Shown here: one piece after another, positions 52,425-64,000 of the stretch
Position numbering within the stretch: position 1 is the stretch's first letter
Layout: every line of letters starts with the position of its first letter
Assembly: GCA_010015585.1 (NCBI GenBank)
Contig: ML975161.1
Length of the DNA stretch: 64,000 nucleotides
From: Eremomyces bilateralis CBS 781.70
Taxonomy: Eukaryota
Strand: one strand, 5' to 3'
Position numbers and translations under genes: made by a program
Notes under the pieces: model-generated
Told to the model about the DNA's origin: nothing
The model's input: only the letters and a program-made list of their open reading frames with translations
Databases searched by the model: none

Positions 52425-55400
52425 TTACTCCTCGTCGCTGAAGACTTCTGTGGGGAGATAGTCAGTATGATAGTCATGAATTGTCAACGGAAAGGGAACA
52501 CACCTTCACCAGCCTTCCTTCGCTTCATGCGATCCTTCTTCGCCTTCCGCGCCTCGTTGCTCGTCAACTTCTTCTTCTTCTTGCTGCTCTCGATCTTGTT
52601 CCCCATCGCATCGAACTTCTCCTCCTCGTCGTCATCCTTCTTGTCCAGACGCGGACCGGCCCCCTGCCCCGTCACCCAGTTGTGACCCGACGGCGTCATC
52701 GTGCCCGCCTGCACGGCCCACACCTCCTCGGTGATCTCCTTAGTGAACTCGCTGTTATGCGTGATCACGATGACACCACCTTCGAAGGTGCGCAGCGCCT
52801 TGGACAGCGCGCCGAGGGAGTCACGGTCGAGGTAATTGGTCGGTTCGTCAAGGACGAGGAGATGGGGTCGCTGCCATGAGCACGCGGAGAGCACGGCACG
52901 CACGCGCTGGCCGCCCGAGAGGCCGACCATGCGGGAATGGGAGACGAGCTCGGCGTCGAGGCCGAAGTTGGCGCAGTGGGCCTCGATCTCCTTGCGGATG
53001 AGCGGGCGGAATTGGCCGGAGGCGAGGGCCTCCTTCTGATCGACCTCGGCGACGAGCTTGGCATGGGACTGGATGATTTCGGAGCGGGGGATCCACTCGT
53101 TGTCGGCAGTCATCATGGGGGTCCACTTCTCGTTCTTCATGCCGACGTTGTCGCCGAGGCTGAAGGAGCACTCATACTCGTAGCTGTTCTTGAACTTGCG
53201 GCGGGAGTGCACGCCAAGGATACGGCGCTGGGAGTCGTTGATAATGTAGATGCGGTCCATGGCCTTCTCGTCCTCCTCCGTGATGATCTTGTTGGCACGG
53301 TCCATGGTCTCGCGGTCCTCGCCGGTCTGGAAGCGCCACTGGATGTACTCGGAGGGGGTCTTGTCGAGATGGTGGTCGATGTGCGCGAACGCGTGCTGCT
53401 TGATGTACGCGATACGGATGTTCTCGTGGTGGTACACCTCGCCGGTGGTGGGGAGGAGCTCACCGGTCAGGACGTTGACGAGGGTGGATTTACCGGCGCC
53501 GTTGGGACCGATGACCGCGATACGGGAGCCGAGCGAGCATTGGAAGGAGATATTGGTGAGCTGCGGCGCCGGGGTGCCGGGGTATTGGAACGTCATGTTG
53601 CTGACACGGACGATGGCCTTGGCCTTGGTCTTGACACCCTCGAGGAAACCGGGCTCGGGGAACTTGAACTCCATCTCGCTAGCACCGAGCTCGTAGTAGG
53701 ATCGCGCGGACGGGACCTTCTTGACGAAGTCGGAGAGCTTGCCACGGTAACGCTTCAGCTTGAAGCGCTCGTAGTGGATGACATGCTGGATGACGTTGTC
53801 GAGGAAACGGCTGTCGTGAGAAATGACAATCGATGTGCACTTGCTGTTCTTCAGGTAGTCCTCGAGCCATGCCACGTTCTTGACGTCCATGTGATTGGTC
53901 GGTTCGTCAAGGAGCAGGATATCGGGCTGCTGGAAGACAGCACGGCACAGCGCCAACTTCATCTTCCATCCACCGGACAGAGCGCCAATGTAGCCGTTCA
54001 TCATGTCATCGTTGAAACCGAACTCCTTCAACTGATCGCGGACCTTCTCCCGGGTAATATCAACCTTGGCCTCGTTCAGCTTCATGACCGTCCAGTCGAT
54101 GACCGGCATCTCCGTGTCCGCCGAATCCAAGTCGTGCTCGATGTACACGGTCTTGACCTCGTCCTGCTTGGGGAAGCCATCCAGCTGCTCGTTGTTGATG
54201 GCGCGCATCAGCGTCGTCTTACCCGAGCCGTTGGGGCCCAGCAGACCGTATCGCTCGCCACGCTTCAGACGCAGATGCGTCTGGTTGAGCAGGATCTTGG
54301 CACCGTACGCCAAGCTGAACGTGCAGTTGCAGAGATCCTCGCCCTCCTCTTCGTCCGAGGGGACCTCGTCCGCGTCAGCAGCACCGGGTGATGCCCGCTT
54401 GCGGAGCGTTTCGGCGACGCTCTTGGCATTGTCGTCGCCGATCATGGCGGTGATGAAGGGAATGGAGTTGGCGCTCCATGAGTGCGAGTCTGTGTCCTTC
54501 TCGTCGACGAGCTGGCCACCGATGGCGGCGATGTACTCGATCATGGGGGCCCACTTGGCGGCGGTGGTCTCCTTGTGGCTAGCGGAGAGGATGTCCTTGA
54601 GGATGGCGGAGATGGTGGAGATGTCACCGGACTTGGAGATCTCAGGGATCTTGCCATCCTTGACGTCACCGACACGGACGATGGTGTCGAGACCCTGCTT
54701 GGTCTTTTCACGGGCCTCGGGGTCGGCGAGGGTGCCGTAGTTCTTCTCGAGCGCGGGCATCAGCTTTGGCAGGAAGGCCGCGACGATCTGCGGATCTTCG
54801 ACAAGCTTGCACATATTGTCGATGATAACGGCGGTTTTACGCTTGATGGCAGTCTCCCGCTCGACAAGACCACGCTCGAGAAGCGGGACCATGATGGCCA
54901 AGGTCGGCTCCCGAACCTCGGTGACGAAGGTGGTGGCACCGAGCAAGTGAACGGTCTCGGGGACGTTCTCTGGCTTGGCGATACACTTGATGAGCTCGGG
55001 AATGAAGCGGTCGATATCCTTGTTGACGATCAAGGCGCAGACTTTCTCCATGGTGCCGTAGGCCGCCTTCTTGACTTCGGGCTTGGTGTCCCACATGGCC
55101 TCGGAGATGACGGGGATGAGGTCAGGAACGCGATAGGCGGTCTGCGCCGCGGCATTTTTGCAGAGGAGCTCGATGCACTGCAGATCGGTCATCTTCTCCG
55201 GCCACTTTTGTGCGGTGCGGAGTGAGTGCAGAATGGGGGGGAGGACGGCCTTGACGGCGTTGGCGTTGGAAGCCTCGACGATGGCGAGGGCCGCGGCTTG
55301 AGCGGCGTTCTTGACCGGAACGATCTTATCGCCGATGGCAGCGAGGACTTGTGGGAGGATGTTGACGAGGTACGGCTCGACAGCGGCCGAGACGGTGGAG

Positions 55401-55723
55401 TGAGCTGCGATGGCCTTGACGGCATCGAGCGATCGCTCTCTGGCGAGAGCATCCTTCTTGTTGGCGAGGCCCTTCTTGAGGTGATCGATGAACCTGGGAT
55501 GATTAGATTGAATTCGGAATGATTCTTTGAGCACAACTTACTTAGTAGGAACATCGGCTTCCTCGATATCACCGTTGATGAAGGTGGCGATGTTGATGGT
55601 TGAAGCGTTGATTTCGTCCTGAGCCTTTGCCACGCTGAGTTTGGCAAAGAGATCCTCGAGGACCTTGAACGACTTCTTGTTTTCCGAAGCCTGGGCGGCT
55701 TGTTGGGGTGCGACGGAAGGCAT
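52425..55723 (-). CDS. YEF3: Fungal translation elongation factor 3 (HEAT repeats + two ABC domains with chromodomain insert), 3 exons
   Basis: [45 protein letters not shown]; Walker A motifs GPNGSGKTT and [39 protein letters not shown]; basic/acidic tail ending EEVFSDEE*. Introns 55541-55494 and 52503-52448. Confidence 0.97.
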
Positions 55724-56069
55724 GGTGATGGTTGTGGGAGGTTTTGGTAACTCGAAATCGAATTAAGGATGTCGTTAGACACGAAGTTCTGCTCAAGTCT
55801 GCAAGGGAAATCCTCTATTTCGACTTCTAGGGTATCTCAGTGTGCGGTTACCAACAACCACACGGTCTAAGCGGCAGATAAGAAATTCCCAGAGAAGATG
55901 GGGAATAAGGAAGAAGAAAAATCCAAGAATGGACTGAGTGGAGAGGGATGGAGGGTTTGAAGGAAGAAGTGGGAGAGTGAGAGAGAAAGTAAAAAAGTAA
56001 GATCTGGGGGAGGAGAGGGAGAGGGCTGATAATATGCCACTGAGAATCTGGCAAAGCCGCAGAAAGAGT

Positions 56070-56180
56070 GGAATTTCACTTTTCTCAAAAATTTCAACCA
56101 GAAAAATCCCCTCCAAAGAAATTTGGGCACAGAAATTTCCTGGCGGTGTGTGGTCCGTGCGGAATCCAGCGGAATTTCGG
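56070..56180 (-). promoter_or_regulatory. Cluster of AATTT(C)/RRPE-like motifs upstream of eEF3
   Basis: GAATTTCA (56071), AAAAATTTCA (56087-56096; reverse complement TGAAATTTTT), GAAATTTG (56118), GAAATTTCC (56132) and GGAATTTCG (56171). They lie upstream of a long CT-rich tract on the - strand. Confidence 0.45.
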
Positions 56181-59100
56181 GATTTGGTGGTGGGAGGGAC
56201 TTGGGCGGGCTAACCAGGGGTCATCCAACCAGATTGGAGATTATTCACCTCCAGCGCTACTCAAGTCGGTGACCAAGCCTTGTTGGTGGTTGTTGGGCAG
56301 TTGGGGGTGTTGGTGCCCGTGGATGTGGGAGTCCCTGCTTGCTTATCGATAGACGGTAATCCAGCGATATGCGGTGAATTGAATGGGAATTTTAGGAGTT
56401 GGTGTCTCGAAGTCAAGGCGTAATTATGGGAGTTCATGTTGATTGTATATTGCAATCAGGCATGTCCTCCTCCGCCGAGATCCACCAAGTTATTATAAGA
56501 ACATCAAGCACCGTGGTACATATATCTGACCCTATTACTGAATGAATGGACGAGATACGATCCAAGAAACGAAATAGAGCTGTGACTTCCTTGTGAGGCG
56601 GTGACAATTCTGCCAGCTTTCTCGCCTTCCACAATCGGAGATGCCTATCATCTCAGCCAATCACCGTCCACGCTTTGGTAAAGTTTGGGTTTGATCTATT
56701 TTTGCCTCCGCAGCCTCATCGCCTTAGGCATTTCATGCAGTGATTTTTCATGTCCTTCTGTCTATTATCGTGATTCATTGGTCGTCTTACAGGTTGCAAC
56801 GAAGTGCAGAGCGTGCCAGAATTCACCAACAGCAGGACGCAAGTGTTGGAGAGCCCAACCCAATGTGATAGGGATTATTGTTGCCTCATATGCCTTGTTG
56901 CCTCAGCCCCTTCCCCTTGGCCCCTTCACATTTCATGTTGATGTCTCTAATAAGGTCATCCCACATAAACTAACTAAGTTAAACCTTATTAACTAATCTA
57001 GTTAATACAAAACAAAGAAAATGGCCCTTCTCTCAAGTCCTCCCCCCATAGCTCAATTTCCAGATCCATCAATCCATGGGAAAGAGATGTCCAGCCACAT
57101 GCCAGCTTCCCCATCTTCCTGCCAACCCCAATGGTCGACCATCCAGAGTCCAGACCTGGTCCATCTGTCGCAGACTAACAAACCACCAACCTACAGTCGC
57201 CTCGCTCCGAGGTTCCGTATCGTAAAGATTGCCTCGATCCGTGACTTATCTCCTTGACGCAACGAAAGTATCGGTGGAAACTTCTCACCCTCCAAAGACC
57301 AGCAAATTAGTTGGAAAGTCAGCCCCTTCCCCTGCATTGCTTCTCTGGTTCGGCTCATCAACGCCACCCACCCCAGATTTGGCTGCCTCTGATCCACTCT
57401 ACATTGAAGTCCCTTAACCATCGAAATTCGAGACCTTGGATTTGCCCTTAACCTCCAACCGCAGTTGAACGTCTCGAACCCTACTCTCGGGCCCCGAACC
57501 CCGAATGCAGATGCCGCCCCCACGATTCAGCCGCTCCCCGAAAGCGCTAATAATATCGTACCGTGGTTCGGTGACTTACTCGCCCAGCTCGGATCGCCCG
57601 ATGTAGCCGGTCAAACCGGATCCTGCGCGTTGCACACGTGGACATCACACCTCGAACACCGCCAGATGGATTGGAGGGCCACGACAGGATGCCGGGGGGG
57701 GCGGTTGAGGGGTTGACGGTCATCAAACTTGGTGCTAGGCTTGGGACTGGGTAGGTATGGCTCGGGGAATCTCGGGGATGATTACTTGATACGGAGTCGT
57801 ATGGTAGCTCGAATTGCAGGTCTCGATATGAGCAAACGACTTGGTAGGAATATCCCATTGTCTCCGTGCTAGGGAAGGAGAAACACCTCGAGAGGGTTGG
57901 AAACGACCGGTACAGACCTTATTTCCCTATTATGTACTCTGCACTGCAGTTCGGATTTTCCAAGGTCGTCACTCGTCAGCCACAATCATACCCACGTCTT
58001 CACAACACTCCACGGTCAGCTCTACTGCCAGACCTACTCAGGGAAATATCCAATCTCGCCCTATCCCCACTCTCACAAACGTAACCCCTGGTTATATAGA
58101 GGCACAGTGTGTGAATAGTCCTTAGCCCGGAAATTGGCACAACGTACACTGCGACTATACCACACAGTGGAAGAGGGGGCGTGGAAATACTGCAATGAGT
58201 CTCCAGCGATGGGCATGTCTTTCTACAACATTCAGGGGCCGGTCGAAGCCATGTCACAGACAGAGAAGCTGTCCCTAATACCCTCAACTCCCAAACGACG
58301 GCCAAGGTAAGGGACGCGATACGGGATGCTCGTCGCTCATCAGGATAGAGCTCCAAAGACCACCATACTTCCGACTTATCCCACGACATCGGTCTTGGGG
58401 TTCTCGAAGGAAATAGCAAGAATTGGTAGGATGGGACGTAGAGAAAAGAGTTGGCGACCCGATCTTTCCTTAATCACTTGCGCGACTTCATCCACGGACT
58501 GGACTAAACTGGACGGGACCTCGCCCGCCCAGCGTCTCGCGATCATATCCTGAGCATCACCTTCAACATCCGGAGATCTACCCTCCTCAATTAATTGAAT
58601 CATCCAGTTCGCAATCCGATCATCGTCCACCCCGGGGTGTCTAATCTCTCGCATCCGCCCAAACATCCCCTCCCCCACCTTCCATACGGTGTCGACGACC
58701 TGACCATCCCATCCATCGGGAGTGCAGATGTTCGATAGGGGATGTATACAACTTCTAGTCCGATATTCGACCTGAAATCCACCGACACTAGGATTCTAAG
58801 GAACAAACGGGTCGGATGCCAGATACGCACATTGCTTCCAACCTCCGCCGCCCATCCCTTACACGCTTTCCCCAGACATCCGTCCCATCATGCCGTACAG
58901 ATACCGCCACGCCACCGATGCGCTCCGAGTTCCCGGCCGGCAGCCCCATCTCGACGACCGTAACCTTCGTTCCCGGTTCTTAGCCGACCGGTTCGGCAGC
59001 AGCGTCCTATTGGTCCAAGATCCTGCATGATGGCTGTTGAAGAACGCTACCTGTTCGAGACGCCAGCGCCGTCCGTTCCTGACCGCTGATGTACCAATGG

Positions 59101-60324
59101 CGATTTAGGGCGGATGGGTTTGATGTAGGGGCGAGTCTTTCGTTTCGGATAGGCCTGCCTGGGATGTTTCGCAAAGGTGGGGATAGGATGTTCCTAGCAT
59201 CTCTCGTGTGTCTCGACTAGGTATAGGCTCGATGCGATAGGTATTCCAACCGAATCCCTTCTATAGACAAAAGACGTCGACAACCCCCTCCCCCGCCCCT
59301 GGATTTCCCGAAACTTCTGCAGACAGGATTCTTGACATCGGTATTCGATAAACACTCTTCATGTTCCTACTCTCCGCATCGCGCTTGTATCGATCCGAGT
59401 GGTTGGTGTCGTGGTCTGTGGCCCTGGATGTGGTGGAGTAGCGGGGCTGAAGGAAACCTACCTATCTACGTGAGGTGAGATCCGAGTGATTCGATGGCGG
59501 CGGTTGGGAGGATAAGAGTAGATTCGGATGACTTGCTTCGCATTGGATGACTGGATGGCTGAAGGGTATTGTCGCTGGGTGTATTCGGTCGAGATCTGGT
59601 GAGTTGAATGGGTTAGGGGGTAGATGTTTATCATTCAAGGTTCTTATTACTTCCATGGATAAACCAGACGCATATAGTTGTCCATGCAATGTTTTCTGTT
59701 ATTGGTCTGCCCTTCTTCGTACTAATCCCATTAATTCCTCTTGATTAATGGCCCAAGTCGATTAGTAGAGGGCTACATATTGTGCCTTGACGTCAGTAGC
59801 CGTGAACTTAGATAGCATGTCCATCCTCTCTGCATCAATGTGTCCAGTTGCTAACTTGGATAAAAGAGACTCAAACATATAAATACTCCCATATCACTCA
59901 CATCACAACATCAAACTAATATTCAATTTTGCACCTGAATATCCCAAACCGAAGCCACCCTTGATCAAACAGATAAATAAGCAAACAAACAAACCATCCA
60001 CTCCATATTGGTATCATGTGTCCCTCCTTATGCCAGTCCAAAACTCCAATATAAACCCAAGCTCGTACAAAAGTAGACAATCCCATGATATCGTACATCC
60101 CATATCTCCTCAGGTCATAAAAAGTGTGATGAAGAGTCAAACAGAGCTACTTTTGGCGCCAGTGTGTGCCTGCATGCCGCCTTAGTGCGACATGGATCGA
60201 GTTCGGTCGCCGTTTTCTTCAAGTAAAGCATCGTAGACGTCGAGACGGTCAGTCGGGAGTGGCTTTTGATCCGATCCACGGGGGTCGTGTCGAGACCAAA
60301 CGGTGTGCCGCTGCAGTGTGGAAT

Positions 60325-62035
60325 TTAGGCCTCGTTGGCATCGGTCTTCTCCTCGACCTCCGCCACCGTCTCCGGGCCATCTACCCCATCTTCCCGCTCT
60401 TCATTATTCTCCATCACATCCTCCATCACAGCCTCCTCCCCATCCAGCTCCCCCATCTTCTTCCCAATCTCCCTTCCCATCTTCTTCAACCGCTCCACCT
60501 CGTTCTCCGCCGCCCGCACTCTCGCCTGCGCCTTCTCCAAAGCCTTCACCATCCTATCCATCGCATCCGCCGACTCCTCCTGCTCCGTCAACCTCTCCCG
60601 CAACCCCACCTCGTTCGCCTCCAGTTGCTCGATCCGGCTGCCAAACAACCCGTTGATCACCTCCAGCTCATTCACTCGGATGCGCAAGGTAGTGTTTGAT
60701 GCCGATAGGTATTCGTACGAGGGGTAGGTATCCCCAGGGGTTGCGGCCGCGCCGTCGCCGGGCGATCGAGGGCGGGGATGGTCACTGGCGGGGAAGGCAT
60801 GGTTGTTCAGGGTGGCGGCGTCGAAGAGGTGTTGGGGTGCGATGTGGGCGGATGGGTGGTGGAGGCCCGGGGTGGTAGTGCGGGAGATAGGCGAGCCGGA
60901 GCGGTCGGAGAAGGCAGAGGGGAATTTGCGCACATCGGGCCGCGTGTCGGTGCGGGGGGTGGAGTGGGTGGATGAGGGTGCGGGACCGTTTGGGTCGCTA
61001 AGCTGGAGGTCACGGTTAGGGTTGGATCTGGATATCGCGTGGTTGGGGATGATGGGATGGGATGGACGAACCTTTCGCTTCTGGCCGGTTGGCTTAACGC
61101 GATTCCGGCTTTTGATTACATCCGTCTTCAGATTCAGGGGACGCGACTTTCCGTGCAGCTTGAGATATAATCCGCAAGCGTTGCAGAGAAACGCTCCCTG
61201 GTCATCCCGTCGCCAGAGAGGAGACACTTTGGTCTGGCAATTCGAGCAAATGGGCTGGTTGCGAAACAGTCAGTTCGGCTCAGGCATTAGAAATTTGACG
61301 ATCGTCTCCCTATCGATAAGGGATCGCGGGAAGGCGCGTCGCGTCGACGGCATGACGCATTGGAAGGGAACAGAGAACGTACCGGCTCTGTGCTCATACC
61401 GCCCACCGCCGTTGCAGCCGGGGATGTCGCAAAGCTCATCTTTGCTTGAATATTGAATGGCCTGAAGATAAGGAAAGGGAGTTAGAATGTTGAATTATTT
61501 TGGGAAGGGAGATAAGACGATGCCAAGACTCGAGCTGATGGGCAAGGTCTCGATCAGATAACTCATGGTGATAGTTAATAATTAATCATGAACATCTGTC
61601 TTCTCCTGGCAGGGATGATGACGATCAACAACCATTGCATTGTTAAATGGACAATTCCCTGACAACTTTTGAGGCCCGCCAATCCAAATTCGGAGACGAG
61701 GTGGATAATTGATGGTTCTGAGTGGCGATGATCACTTACCGATTTAAGTGTGGATAAGCCAATGGTGAAGCTGATGTTCCGGCGAGTGAGGCGATGGCTG
61801 AGAGACTTGGAAGGCGCTGGGTTGATTCGAATTTCCGATTTGTTGACGATGTGGATGACGTTGAAAGGATTGGATCCTTTATAGGAGAAAAATTACCAAA
61901 AATAATGGCTGGCAGTGGTGGGAGATATCCACGCGCTGGACTCGGTCGAAAATTGCTACATGCTGTTGGTGAATTGGATCTGTGAATGACCTCTCCCCCC
62001 CTTTGCATCGACGGAATTGTAAGTGTCGACACCAT
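60325..62035 (-). CDS. areB: AreB/ASD-4-type GATA zinc-finger factor with C-terminal leucine zipper (4 exons)
   Basis: Exons 62035-61740, 61461-61383, 61254-61072 and 61002-60325 read MVSTLTIP...[12 protein letters not shown]...[83 protein letters not shown]. Zipper [23 protein letters not shown]. Confidence 0.85.
61466..61574. promoter_or_regulatory. Cluster of four HGATAR sites within areB intron 1 (candidate internal promoter)
   Basis: AGATAA at 61466-61471, 61510-61515 and 61556-61561, and TGATAG at 61569-61574. They lie just upstream of exon 2, which has its own in-frame ATG (MSFATSP). Confidence 0.5.
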
Positions 62036-64000
62036 TGCGAAGGTTCCTTCAAAAGACACAGTCGATGTGTCCCTGGATTTCTGGTCTGATTAAGAATTAT
62101 AAAGTTATTGTTTCTTTCGTTCTGAATTTCGTTCTGAATATCGTCGGAATGTCGACTATCAATGACAATTCTAGAGAATGCTCGGTAGAATATTAGATAA
62201 TGCACTGCGAAAAGAGCAAGGCCAAAACGATGCCCCTAAAGAACGGCTGGGTTTGGACACCCTTCAATTAGATAGAGATGAAGAAAAATAAAAAGATATA
62301 AATGTCTACACTAATTCTCTGCCTTTAATGAGGGCACAAGGACTCTTAATGAAGGCCCGGTTCCATTTCTCAGGGGGGACGATGCCAGGGATGATACCAC
62401 CACTGTGCCTATGCGTCCACTAATAGTTTTGCCGAATATGATAATAGTCAAAGGCTACGAGTATCTTTAAGACTCTGCATGGAGCGCATATAGGTAGTGT
62501 TGAGGGTTCAATTCCCCTATCCAATGTCGCACAGGATGAGGCTCCAGACTCGACAACGTCCTCTCATCGACCCTGTCCGACGACCACCATCCTCACCAAT
62601 TTGAGAAATGCAAAGTTCGTGTGACATTCATACGGAAACGGGGAATCCCCAAGTCCTGCCGCCGGAAGTAATCAAGTCAACGCGGCTACGTTCCTCACTT
62701 CTCCCTTTTCTACCACCGTTCACTAACTAGGAAACAAATGCCCTCAGCCCAAGGATCCGCCTCATCGACATCTCGACACGCTAACCCGGCGAGAGCCTAT
62801 CTCGTTTTCGATAGTCGATACGAGGTCGGTGGCGCCTAGGGGGCATTTCTATCATCTCTCCCGCCCTAAGTCGCGAATCGTCCCCGCAAAACCCAATCGG
62901 ATCTGCGTCCTATCTTCCGTATTTTCGAGCCGTTGTGTCTGGCGATCGCGGTCAGACGGAACCCCCGGCCGCCTTGTCCAGCTTGTGTCGCGTGGGGTCC
63001 GCAGAAGCTGGATGAGACGCGTCGGGAGGCGGTGGGACGCGATTGGCTGGCTGGATGATTTGAGAATGCGGGTTGCACGGCGGTGGTTTGGAAATGGCGC
63101 GGGACTGCTGATGGGTTCGAGGTTTGGAAAAGGGGTGAAGTTAGGGGAGCGGTTAAGCTTTTAGTAGTGGCGGCTGGCGACCTGCATGCTTGAATGTCTG
63201 ACTAGTCGATGTCGATGACTTTCGACTTTCGAGGCACTGGGGGTTACCACTTATGGCTACACACTCACAATAAGCAACATTGAACCGTGAGGATTGTGTC
63301 CGGGCTTCGAGAGGAGCTATATACGTGTATTCTCGTTTCTGCTACCAATAACAGTAGCATCGCGTGTACATGCCTTATCCTTTTCATTTAGAGATATATT
63401 GAATTCTACGTCTGCTAGAAGTACATCTCTAAATCACCATATGCAAGGTTCCTGCAGCAACCTATTTATTCATATCGCTCCCTGGGCATCATTTGTTTGT
63501 CTTGGATACGTTCGGTTTGTCACATCTCGTAGTTCAGTCGCCAAGTGGTTCTCACAAATCTGTTCCATCTCTCGTTTGTGCTTCCTCTTTAGCTCTTCAT
63601 GTGAGTACCATAAGCCGCTCGTACGGCGCTTGAATACCCAGGATCGCAAAGCGCTGACACGGTAGCAGACGATTTTACACATTCTCCAAGCGCGATGAGG
63701 GAATAGAAAACCGCCAACAGCTTGACAGATTTCCAGCCCGGGGAAATCTATCAACCGTCGGAACACGACCGAACGGTTTGCACTTCACAGCCGCCCCATC
63801 ACTAGATCTCTTCCGCATAAGACGGCACCTTAGGTCCAATACCAGAGCGATGACAGTATTAATTGCCAGTATTCCTCCATATGGAAGCATATCCGCAAGC
63901 TCTTCGACCGCATGATTCCTACACCTGCACGTTGATCAATGTACCGCGAGGTGATGAAATCGATGAGCAGGCGACTTTGACGCACTCCTCCAGCGTACAT

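Noticed and set aside
52937..54391. 484-aa + strand ORF, and similar ORFs such as 54482-55225
   Set aside because: Antisense shadow of eEF3; the strong C/G-ending codon bias removes stops on the opposite strand, and the translation has no recognisable motifs.
55745..55851. Possible 5'-UTR intron in eEF3 (GTAACC donor, CTAAC branch point)
   Set aside because: The only nearby acceptor is a non-canonical GAG; not supportable without transcripts.
56987..57007. Perfect 9-bp hairpin TATTAACTA-ATC-TAGTTAATA
   Set aside because: Very AT-rich and short, so plausible by chance; no Helitron or MITE context visible.
63470..64000. Short - strand ORFs at the window end
   Set aside because: The frames do not join through clear splice sites and no family is recognisable; they may belong to something outside the window.

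Overview
Eukaryotic DNA from a filamentous ascomycete (Pezizomycotina), judged by short GT-AG introns with CTRAC/CTAAT branch points and by fungus-type genes such as eEF3 and an AreB-type GATA factor. I reconstructed 12 intact spliced genes by hand: a MIF/tautomerase-fold protein, an Est1/Ebs1/SMG7-family protein, adenosine kinase, a GPI-anchored S/T-rich protein, a stand-alone acyl-CoA carboxyltransferase, a ~2,100-aa DH/PH-like protein, ATG27, class II cAMP phosphodiesterase PDE1, a conserved fungal regulator-like protein, mitochondrial S9, eEF1B-gamma (with intronic box C/D snoRNA snR38) and eEF3, plus a 13th gene encoding the AreB/ASD-4-type GATA factor. A decayed fungal NLR (alpha/beta-hydrolase + NACHT + ankyrin) has several stops and frameshifts and a 27-bp inverted repeat flanking its hydrolase exon. 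The most unusual signal is not a gene: at about ten places the + strand switches from a C/A-rich block to a G/T-rich block. The switches occur in + strand genes, in - strand genes and in intergenic DNA, and they override synonymous codon usage, which suggests a localised bidirectional mutational process. No CRISPR array, rRNA gene, convincing tRNA gene or intact transposon was seen. Family calls come from motif recognition only; no searches were run.
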